Assembly: GCA_030704615.1 (NCBI GenBank)
Contig: CM060733.1
Span: 2,046,001 to 2,110,000 of the forward strand
From: Takakia lepidozioides
Lineage: Eukaryota > Plantae > Bryophyta
DNA length: 64,000 nucleotides
Direction: 5' to 3'
Shown piece by piece: positions 50,552 to 61,827 of this stretch (within the stretch, counting starts at the first letter, position 1; each line of letters opens with the position of its first letter). Position numbers and translations under genes: made by a program. The notes beneath the pieces were generated by a model. The model did not search any database. It saw nothing but the letters and a program-made list of their open reading frames with translations, and was not told the DNA's origin.

Positions 50552-53500
50552 ATGAAGAGAGTGAGGGAATGGAGGATATCAGGGTGAAGAGCACGACGAT
50601 ACTGCAGAAGCAAACAATTGCAGCACCGCAGGCAGTACAGCTGCTAAGGGAGTTGCGATTGGAAGGGCTGCTACGCAAGGACTGGTCCTTGCATCATCGG
50701 CAGTTCATGATACAATTTCTTCATAACTTTGAGCCTCGGACTGGAGTTACTCAGGTGAGGGGAGTAGATATAGAAATTACTCCCCAGTACCTGCAGCAAT
50801 TGTTTGATTTGCCATCAGGACATGGGATGTGGATGAGCACAGGGCAAGATTGCAGATAGGGAATTTGTTCCAAGAAGGGAGTTTCTTTAAGACTCAAGGC
50901 TACGCTAGTACCAAAGCCGAGTACCCAGGGCTTAGGAAGTAGGCCAAATCTTGAACGTTCTGTTTGCCATGAAACAGAACCAACAGTATTTGAGCAGGTC
51001 ATTCACAGAGGAGATCCTGAAAACTTTGAGGGGAGAGGATGTCGCTTGGGCGGAGTTAATGTACAACGGATTGGTGGACGAGATAAAGAGGTTACAGGGC
51101 ACTGCTGCTAAGTCTCCGATCATTGTGTCCGGTCCAGTCATTGCCCAAATAATTCTTGATTCTTGCATACTTGATACTCGGGAACGTAAGGAGATGGGAG
51201 TGTTTGAGGCGGAAACCACTGCAATTGAAGAGCAAGGCTCTTCACACAGTGAGGGCGGACTGGCAGCGCAACACCAGTCTAAGAGACAGAGGCGGGGTAT
51301 GACTGTAGTGGCGGATCCACTGGCTTCACGGAAACCGCACGATAATGTTTCCAAGCTCTTGTGCAATGGGGCACAGCAGCACAGAGAGCTGTTATTATTG
51401 GAAGCATAGCTTTCGGAAAGGGAAGAGGAAGTCACTTTGATACCACAGCCACCACAACCAATTGATTCAGATGTTTTGGAGGTTCCACAGTTAATACATG
51501 CTGTGACATCATCCCCAATTGCTCTGGAAGGAGAAAGGTTGGACATTCCCACTACAGAGCAGGTCGTGGCCGAAATTGAGAAGGGTGACCTTCTCTATGA
51601 AAACTCTGGCTTGGTAAGGGAATCAATGATTCTAGAGGTGCAGCGGTTGTCCAGGGGAAACCCTGCTGTGCATGTAATACCCACACCTGTGACGGAGGTA
51701 CCAGGGGTAGAATATCAAGACACTGCAGCACCAGTGGCGGATGAGGGGATTCAGGAAGAAAATCTGTTGGGGCAATGGCCTGAATGGTTGGTGAGGCATC
51801 ACACTGTTGAGGATCAGGGAGAACAGCAGCAAGCTCCCCATGAAGACCCTCAGCAAGTCATGCTTATGAGTTCCATAAGCAGAACACTTAATTTGTTGGG
51901 CACTTATGTGAAATCCCATGTTCCATCTACCCAACTGGCAGCTTTGAGGGAGGAACTCAGAAAGGAGTTTGAGGCTCGACTTGCCACTGAGTGTGCAAAC
52001 AAAGTTGATGAGGAGGTCAATCTCAAGTTACAGCAAGAGTTAGAGGATACAAAAGTTGCTTTGCAGTTGGCCAAGGAACATTTGATTGAAGCAGGCCTCA
52101 CGCAGGACCAGTTGCACAAAACACATAACCAACAGTTATACCAAATGCAGGTGAAGCATGAGGGCAAGTTGCAAGAAGTGAATGCATTACATACAGAGTT
52201 GCAGGCAGTACATGAGAGGATGACCATACAATGTGCTACACTCACAACTACTCTTGAGCAAAATGCATTAGAAGTTAACAGACAAGGGGAAAGATGTATG
52301 AAGGCAGAGGCAGAGAAAGTCGAGCAGGCGAAACTCATTGTTGATATGAAGAATACAATCAGTCGTAATGAGAATACTTTCAAGCAATACAGACAAGTTG
52401 AAGCTGACCAAGAGAGGTACATCCTGGAGTTGCAACAAACGGTCATGGTAAATAGAAATGAACTCTCTGTGGCTAACAAGGCTTGGAAGGAAGCCAATAA
52501 TCTGGCTGCTGCCTATGCGAGTTTGGATGAACCTCATGCGAAGCGCATGGAGGCTTTACAACAGCAGATAGATGTGTACAGGCTCACAGAGGAGCAGACT
52601 CTCAGGGGTGCCACACACAACTTGGTGAATAACCACCTTATGCAGGTCTGGTTAGCACAAGGGCCGGTGGAAGGCAAAGCACCACGGAAGCTCACCCAGG
52701 CGAGATGAATGAGCTCAGACTGCAGGTGCAGAACATTGCCACAACTATTATAGACAATGTCTATAGTAGGATAGCGGAGCTACAGAGGATGTAGAAGGCC
52801 AGACTCAGGTGGATGACCTGAGTTCAAATATTGACAAGAGAGTCTTTGTACCTGAGGAGCAGCTGATGGCTACTTATTTACAAGCCAGAACTCTAATTTT
52901 TCAGTCTTCTTTGCAAGGGGTGCAGGAGATGCTAGTAGTAGAAGGGCCAGTGCTACCAATACCACAACAAGTGACTGTGACAGTAGCTGACCCTGTTGTT
53001 ACTACAACCACACCACAGCCTGAGGTATGGGGGGATGCTACTTTTAACCCACCTAAGACTCCTGCTGCACGGGAGTACAGTCGGGCTATGATTATGCCCT
53101 TCAACCAAATTCCCATTGTGTTGGATTTGGCTTGGAAGGAATTTAGTCCTCCGCAGTCGTTGGCACATTACTACCAGATCATGCGCATTTGGCTGCCAGT
53201 GGCAACTAGGACTAAGGTTCTTCCGAACAATCGACCCATTGAGGATCATCACTTTGCGAGGTACTGGTTTGAAGCAGTACCATGTTGAAGGAATTAATTG
53301 CCTTCCAAGTTGTACATAGGTACATTTATACCAAGACCAAGGAGGTATCAAGTATTGTCATGGGCTGTGGATTATACTATGCTGCTTGTTTTCTGGCACG
53401 TTATCACATTGAGCAGCAGAAGATGCAATCACGATTTCTGAGTTATTCCAGTGGGGATCATTGGGTCTTACCTTCAGTGCCACCTCATATGTAGCTATAT

Positions 53501-54085
53501 GAAGCAAAAGTTATGATGCAAAAGGATTCCCAACTTCGTTCATGGTTTCATTCGGCCTGGAACAGTTTGACAACACAGAAATTCGGCCTTGACGATATTT
53601 TCTTTAAGGGACATGAGGCATGGAAATACTTGCACTGTTCCCAAATCATTGACACACCACTCACCTTTATGGACAAGGAATTCAAGGTGTTCACCAATTT
53701 TGCCATTAAGCGCTTACAGCAAGTTGTACAGTTTAAACTTCCAGACATGGTGGGACCACATTGTATGCCCCAGAGGATTCCAGTTAGAGTTCGACCGTTA
53801 AAACACCTCAGGGGGGACGAGGATTCTGATACTACTGTTTCTTCAGCGGACTCTTTTGACATGGCAGAAGACTATGCACTTCAGATGGCAGAAAAGAAAT
53901 GACGGGGATCTCCTATGCCTGAGAGGTTACCTCGATATCAGCCAAAGGAGGGTCAGACATTTCCATGCTCAATCATCTCCGTCACCAGTGACAAGACTCG
54001 GGCTCGCACACGGAGTCCTTTACGAGACTCTCACCGTCAGAAGGGTGTTCGATCACAAAGGTTTGCTAATCCTAAACAGTTAACC
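50552..54085 (+). pseudogene. Extra 3' ORF of family A (~1150 codons reconstructed): Athila-ORF/Transposase_32-like N-terminus, coiled coil, unknown conserved C-terminal domain
   Basis: Consecutive sense ORFs 50569, 50951, 51437, 52809, 53282, 53513 and 53915 linked by frameshifts or stops. FMIQFLHNF...VRGVDIEIT..YLQQLFDLP motif. Confidence 0.7.
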
Positions 54086-54121
54086 GTGAGGACACGGCTT
54101 TTTGAGAGGGGGGAGGGTAAA

Positions 54122-55113
54122 TGTTAGAGGGCTGCTTGGGACTTTTACGGGTTCTGTGGGGTACCCTTAATTTTTACACAGACTGAGACCAACAGGAGCC
54201 TTAGGGGTGACAGCAGCGGGCTTTAGGGGGGTTACACAGCCCGCCACAGCTTCGCACAGCCCGTCACAGTCAGTCACACAGTCACAGCAGTCACAGCCAA
54301 CACAGCCCAGTCACACAGCCACAGCCACAGCTTCGCATAGCCCGACACAGCCCGACACAGCCAGTCACAGCCCGACACAGCCATCACAGCCCGTCACAGT
54401 CGTCACAGCCAGTCACAGCCCGTCACAGCTTCACACAGCCCAACGCAGTTTTGCACAGTTGTCACAGTACAGGGGGAACGGTTAACATGCACATGGAACG
54501 ACTGTGTGGGAACGACATCTGCAGAGGGAATATGTTACTTCAGGGGTGACGGTTAGTTAGGAAGGCGGTTAGAACAGCTTGTAGGTAGATAAAGCGAAGA
54601 GCGGGGACTTTTGGGGATCACTTCTTGGATCACTTCTTAGACATCAGGGGAGAAGGTGAGACGGAGGGCACGATCTTGGAGCTCAGGGATGATGATTACA
54701 CAGAAGAGGAGATGATGACTTGACGTAGGTTTATTTCATGCAGAGCTGTAGTGATACTATAGGGCGGATTAGAGTCACCTTGACATTGGCCTAGTACCTG
54801 ATAAATCGTAATCTGATACTTATTCGATACAAGCACATTGTGTAGAGAGACATGAGTGAAGCTGTAAAATGAATGCATGATTAATTGGAATTAAGTAGAT
54901 ACTGAAGCAATCTGATGCTTCAGTATCAGATAAGGTGAATTGATAACATGAAGGCAAGAAGGAATACAAATGGGAAGCACAACCATGATTCACTAGCTGT
55001 AGGTCATGACTGATTATACTGAGCGGGCTGAGTGCTTAGAAATATCCAACTCTTCTATCTTGGAGTTTCCACCTCGGATAGCGAAGGGATGGGTGAGTAA
55101 AAGCCGCTCGACA
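54122..55113 (+). repeat. Family A 3' LTR (992 bp)
   Basis: PPT GAGAGGGGGGAGGG just upstream; TG...CA termini; flank GAGGA at 55114-55118. Confidence 0.94.
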
Positions 55114-55478
55114 GAGGAGAAGGTGAATCATGAAAACAGTGAGTGGGTAGCCAAAGTCGGGAACTAAACTCACCCTTCTATCGACTGCCGGAACGTTGCT
55201 TCCACCTCCTTTATGGCAGCAACCCGTGCCTCTCAAAACTTCTCGTACTCTGTGAGAGGGACAGTCACCTCCAGGACCCTCCGCTTCACCATAGATACTC
55301 AGAAACTCTACTTACAGATGTAGTACATGATCTGCATATAGCACTGGCAGCTGGTGCAAATCAAGTTCAATCAGTGTGCCTAACATTCAAACAGGGTAGG
55401 GGGTGACGTTCAAAGCATGGAAAGTGATCTTGCAGATGAGGACCGGATCCGGATGCGACGTAGAAGAGATGACCGTCT

Positions 55479-58400
55479 ATGGCGAATGGAAGAAGCTTAT
55501 GCCATAAGCAATGGGCATACAAAATGTTGTGCAACTGCGATGAGTGTCATGGAAGAAAACTAATGTCGTTCAAAACTGTGGGGAAACATTACCTGATGCA
55601 CGGGAGGGATCCCCTTCTCCGCAGCTGTTCTATTCCGGTACAATCGCCACTTCCCCTTCAGCACTTGAGTATGAATTTTGAATTCAACGATCATCTTCAC
55701 CACGTGTCCTAATTTCGTTGGGTGATTCTAGTAATGTAGTCATAATATACAGACGTCACTATGACTACGTCACTGCCCTTTTGTCTGCAACTATTGCACA
55801 TGTCGTGTTTTCATTGGCCATCTGTAGTCATTTAGTCATATAAGACTTACTAAGTGACTACAACTATGACTTCTATGGCTACAAATGGAGTGTTTTGATT
55901 GGTCGACTCACAACATGACTGTTGTGGTGCAGGGACGTGTAGATTCCGATGATGAAGATGAAGGCCCTGCGTTTCAGCGGGAGCCGAATGTCATTGAGAA
56001 TGTAGATGAGGGTGGTGGATTGCAGGTAGAAATCCAGCGTGCATTACATGAAGCGTTTCAATTTGCTGATGCAAACAGACAAGACCCCATTCATGGTGGA
56101 ACTGATCACATTGGATCCGATCATGTCGATCACATTGACGATTCCAGAGACAATGGAGACAATTTGCAAAATCCAGATAATGTTCAAGATGAATTTGAAG
56201 AGAATGCTCACCTGCACGTTGATCCTGAGTATGACAAACTCTTCCGACAGTCGCAATGTCCACTTTACGAAGGTGCTCGATCAGCCGCCTGCAAGCAACT
56301 TTGACGTTGCTCAATGCATGCACTACCCACAAATGCACCAATGCATTTGTGGATGAGGTACTGGGATTGTTGCGTAAGAGTTTTCTGCAGGCCGAGAATT
56401 CATTGCCGAAAACTCACTATGAAGCAAAAACCATGATTGCCAAAATGGGATTGCAATACAAGACGATTCATGCTTGTGAGGATGGTTGTGTACTCTTCCG
56501 TGCGGAGTATGAGAAGACAACCATTTGCCCAGTATGCCGCAAGTCCCGTTACATTCCTGGTCGTGGAACTGTGCCCAGAAAAGTACTCCAACACTTCCCT
56601 ATCATTCCGAGGTTGAAACGTATGTACAGATATAAATCGATCGCAGAGTTAATGACATGGCACGACAGACATAAGAGCCAAGATGGGTTGGTTCGACATC
56701 CAGCTGATAGCAAAGCATGGAGACACATTGACACGACATTTCCGGATTTTGCTGCAGAGCCACGATCTGTGCGATTTGGATTGGCCCTTGATAGCTACGA
56801 AGCTCAATCCACCAGTTGGAGCACATGGCTTGTTCTCTTGGTCAATTACAATCTGCCTCCATGGTTAATGACCAAGAAGTTCTTTGTCATGTTAGCGCTA
56901 CTGATTCCTGGAAATGAGTTTGTTATCTCTAAGAACATAGATGTTTACTTGATGCTCCTAGTGGAAGAGCTACTGGAACTATGGTCTGGGATTGTAGCTC
57001 ACGATGTTTCCCGTCCTCGTGGTTAACGCGAATTCACACTGAGGGCAGTGTTGATGTGGTCAATCCATGACTACCCTGCATATGGCTTGCTCTCAGGTCA
57101 AGTAATGAAAGTTTATGCTGGTTGTCCAGCTTGTGGACCCGAGGTGACTTCACAACAATTACACACATGTGGGAAGACTGTTTTCCTGGGCCACCGAAGA
57201 TTTCTGGCCCGCAATCATCTATACAGAAGGTCAAGAATGTTCAATGGCGCTAATGAGCATGGAACTCCTCCAAAAACGCAGACTGGAACACAAATCAGGG
57301 AGCTTGCAACAGCTCGCACTGCATGGGTTAGAAACGGAGGGACAACAGATAGTAGGGTAGACCCAGCAAAAACTCATGGAGTTAAATGATTCTCAATTTT
57401 ATATGTCTTACCTTATTGGGAGGTAATTCCTTCATGGCCTTTAAATTGGCTGTGTATATTTTTGCGTTTTCTGTTTAAATTGTGATGAGTAAATGCTCAA
57501 TTGCTTATGTGTTGATTTTGTAGGGCCTCCTCATCCGCCACACGTTTGATGCAATGCATTGCGAGAAAAACTTGGTTGAAAATATTATTAAAACTATCTT
57601 TGGTGAGAGAGACACATTGAAAGTTCGCCGTGATTTGGAGCTACTTGGGATGCGCCCGGAATTGTGGCTACAACGTGATCCTGACAGATCAGATACGTTA
57701 ATTATGCCTCCTGCCCCTTATGTCCTCACTGAGGCTGAGTTAGAAGTCTTTCTGGAGATTGTGCAGAATCTGAAAGTGCCAACAGGCTACGCATCAGCTT
57801 TCAAAAAGCATGTGGTGAAGAAGAAATTGTCTGGCATGAAATCACATGACTATCATGTGCTCATGCAGCAAATTATACCATTTGCTATCCGTGGGCTCAT
57901 GGCAAGTGGTCCTCGCAGGGCCATTTTGCGAGTATGTCGTGTATTCAAGAAGTTGTGTGCAAAAGTGGTGAATCCTGCAGAGTATGAGGAATTGAGAACT
58001 GAAGCAGTTGTCACTATGTGTCTTATAGAGGAGGAGTTCCCACCATCATTTTTTGATGTGATGACACATCCGGTTGTCTACCTAGTGGACGAGTTGTAGT
58101 TATGCGGGCCCATAGCATCTCGTTGGATGTACCCCATGGAGCGGGCAATGAAAGATATGAAGGGCTACGTAAGAAACATGGCAAGGCCCGAGGGGAGAAT
58201 GACAGAAGGTTACCTGGGTTTTTGCACAGAGTATATGGCATGATTTGATGGAAGTGTACGAAGGGTGTGGGATGCAGATGAGGGAGAATATGTGGAACGT
58301 GAAGTTGTGGAAGGAAGTTCTAAAGCACGAAAATTGAATGACTTGCGTGATATTGTACATGAGTACATCATTCAGAACCATCCTCGCCTATCAGTCATGT

Positions 58401-58818
58401 TGGTAAGAAATCTACACCATTGACATTCAAATTTCCAAGTTTTAGTCATTTCTCATTAGTTGGCATATGATGTCTTTTCATATCTCCCACGCCACCTCTG
58501 TCAATCTCCTAGCTGACCCTCGGATTGTGACAGGATATATGAAGCAGAGTCCACATGGATAGAAGCCAGACGACGCTTGTTTCGTGAGGAACAAGGGCTA
58601 GAAGGCATGAGCAATCCCACGGCAATTCAGTACCCTCCTGATTTGCATCCATGTCCTCCATTTGCTGTTTGGCTCCCTCAAGGTGTACGGGATCATCTCT
58701 CAACTCAATCAGATGGGCTTTATCCTACAACACGTGAGGAATTACTGGATTTTTCAAGGCCTCCATCATTTACTGCCCTGTCATTCAAGAGTATGACAAC
58801 GTATGGTAACCATTACAG
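55479..58818 (+). pseudogene. CACTA/EnSpm TnpD-type transposase (Transpos_assoc, Transposase_21, DUF4218), spliced, interrupted by the MULE
   Basis: MLCNCDEC...VGKHYLMHG; PLYEG; IHACEDGCVLF; FPIIPRLKRMY; HPADSKAW; IHDYPAYG; DAMHCEKN; KSHDYHVLMQ; FPPSFFDVMTH; RWMYPMER. Confidence 0.93.
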
Positions 58819-61140
58819 GAGGTTAGCTATTTCATGAGCATAAGCGGCATGAGCGGCATGAGCGGAGTAGCAAGACAATCGGTTTTCATGAGCAGAAGTA
58901 CAAATTTCGAAAATAAAAAATATTATAAAACATTAATTTAATGCAAGATGTCAGAAAAATCAAATATATTATTCGGCACCTTGAAGGGAAAATTGTAGTT
59001 TTGAGAGTTGTGCTCATGATATTTCGTCTTCCGCTCATGCCAATTCCCAGACATGTGCAAAAATGGCCGAATTTCGCGGTAATAGGGTCCGTAACCGGAA
59101 AGAACCGTGACGTATCGTAATAGGTCTCTCTGGCGAAAAATGGTGCCGAATTCCGAGGCTATAGGTCCCCTCAGGACAGGTGTGTAAGCCCAAAATTTGG
59201 AAATGTGGCGCTGAATTTCGGTACACGGTGCCGGGGATTGCACAGATGTTGGGCAGTTCTGGGCCATGTAACTGGAAATTCGGGCCCATTTTTCCATACA
59301 TCGTTCCCGAGCATGTTCGGACTTAGCCAGTTTCGGCCCAAAAGGGAAATTCGGCGCCATTTTTCCTGACACAGGGGTACCAGTGCATGTTGGGACTTAG
59401 CCAGTTTTCGGCCCAAAATAGAGAAATTCGGCACCATTTTTCCAGAAATGGCCCACAATTGCTTCTGTTGGATCTCAGTTTGAATGGAATATTGCCTCAT
59501 TCCAGGAGTTTTGGGGTGCATTTCATTACACTGCAAAAAAAAATCTGATACATGAAAATGCAATTGAAAATATCCATATGGAGGATTCCCTTTGCCCCAT
59601 CAATGATTTCTGGAATCCCTAAGGAGGAGTTTGTGCAGCTCGTTCACGCTCAACGCCGGTGCATGAATAAAGTCATCAATAGTCACGTTCATCCTCAACC
59701 TCTTCAGGTAAATGTAATACAGATGCTTGCACGGATAATATTTTGAACCCTTCTTTGCTTCCATCAACGAGAAGTCCGTACAATTGCAAGTCGGCTCCAC
59801 TCCAATCGTAATTGTGTATACATCGTCGCGTACAGCCGAGCCGGCCGTTGCCATCCGATAAACACGCTCAAGGCCGGGTGGAGGTACGTCCACGGAGCTC
59901 TGAATAGTGCAAGCCATCCCAAGAGCATTGGCAATCCGAGTCTCATTCAACTTGTTGGGAGGGTGTCGTCTCTTCACTCTTCCGAATCGCATTGTGGGAT
60001 GTGCAGAATTGTCCAATCCGTCTCTACTGGACCGAGCAGTCTGCAATGGCTGGGTCTGAGGAACTGGAAATGCGTGGGCCGGGACGTCTGTGCGTTGCAC
60101 CATTCGAAATCCTGCTGCAGATAGAGCATCCGCCTCATTCTGATAGAGGCTGCAACCCGGTGCAACAGGCCAGACGCCCGGAGGCTCCGGCATTCCCTGA
60201 ATCCCGTATTTGGGCTTGCCAAATACACAGGTCATTATGTCATGCCTACAGAACCAAAGCGTCTGCGTTGTGGCGTGAGCAAATGTGGGAGTCAAAAATC
60301 TGCCGCAAAAACAAGGTACAGGTACAGCACCGTGTGGGTTCCTCCAAATCATCTCACCACAACGTGTTCTTGTATCCACCCGAATGGCACAGCACTTCCC
60401 TCGAAATGCCGGCAATGTCCTTGCAATTCTCCATCCGACACTCTTGTCTCCACAATGGGTATGTTGTACTGCGTTACTACAGATGGCTCGTTATGTTCCT
60501 CGGGCACATGCCTTGTGCTCAAAAGAGATGGCGATCTTGAACGTGCAGGACTTGCGGTGCTCGACGAGACCTCCTCGGGCAACATCACGAGACCACGAGG
60601 GAGCGTGCGAATATTCTTGTCAGCTCGCCATGAATCCTCTTCCCCGCCAGGTGCCTCGTCAAGTCTTCGTCTCACTGGACGGGTATGAACATCTTTCCAA
60701 ATGTGGCCTCTTCGAAGCAATGGCGTGTCCCGAAGGCCCTCTCGCAAGGCCGCCGCCCACTTCCGAGGATTCTTCGATCTGGAGGCAGTCCGCATCAGCA
60801 TTTCTTGCCTGTCCGGCCCCAAGCCCCACTGTTTCCCTTTCAAGAACTCGTTGTACCTGCATTGCTGCATAATTGACCTAACAATGTCCTCCGTTGTGGC
60901 AGTGAGGATGTCCACCAGATGCGCCGCAGAGGAGGCACGCCAGGAAGAATGCACTGATTTGGCCATGTTTGTCGTGGGCATGTCGGTGTCGGAGTCGAGA
61001 CACATTTCCTGCACAAGCACATGTTGAGGTTACAAGCAAGTTACAAATAATGCCAAGAATAATATTCAACGGGACGCGAATTCGTGCAACTCGCCGAACT
61101 GGAGGAAATGTCAAGTTAAATAAGCACAGTGTGAAAACAA
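58819..61140. mobile_element. Mutator-like element, left portion (right boundary approximate)
   Basis: TSD CCATTACAG (58810-58818), then GAGGTTAGCTATTTCATGAGC...GCGGCATGAGC. Subterminal GGAAATTCGGCGCCATTTT and GGACTTAGCCA motifs. Confidence 0.8.
59600..61008 (-). pseudogene. MULE-type transposase 3' exon with SWIM zinc finger (frameshifted)
   Basis: PTTNMA(K)SVHSSW matches the Mutator T.N..ES motif with E>K. YTITIGVEPTCNCTDF...YPCKHLYYIY is a SWIM finger. Splice acceptor TGTGCAG at 61009. Confidence 0.8.
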
Positions 61141-61545
61141 CTAGAATAAAACTAGTTATTTGTATTTAACACTTGGATTTAGGTCAAGTGTTAAATCAGG
61201 TGTCAAGTTTAGTTTGACACCTGGTCCGTCTTATCTTCACGAGAGCGGCAGTCGCGCAGCTCATCTCTCTCGAGTTGAGCCTGCGCGACCGAGCTCCTTC
61301 ATGCGTTTAGATTTGAGTGTGCTTATGATGGGAGTGTAGGTTGTTGTGGGGTGGAGTCCCCATAGCTTGGGGTGCCCCTGGCTCGACTTCTGTTTTAAAG
61401 AGTGATAGCGATGGATTCATGTTGTTTCTGGTGTGAGCAGTGTGTTATCTAGTTTTCTTATCACTCGAGAGAGATGAGCTCTCTATCTAGTTTTCTAGTG
61501 CTAAGCTAGATATGATGTTTTTGTTTTTTTTAAGCACTATTATAA

Positions 61546-61827
<282 letters not shown>

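Larger units (their letters stand above)
42446..55113 (+). mobile_element. Family A Ty3/gypsy non-chromovirus body with 3' LTR (5' LTR displaced)
   Basis: Leader ORF - gag - PR - RT - RH - INT - long extra ORF - PPT - LTR. Confidence 0.93.

Noticed and set aside
58810-61140. KDZ/Zisupton assignment for the SWIM element (8-bp TSD reading)
   Set aside because: The TIRs align best with a 9-bp TSD, and the TTN..(E)S motif is Mutator-like. Not fully excluded, because the catalytic core is missing.
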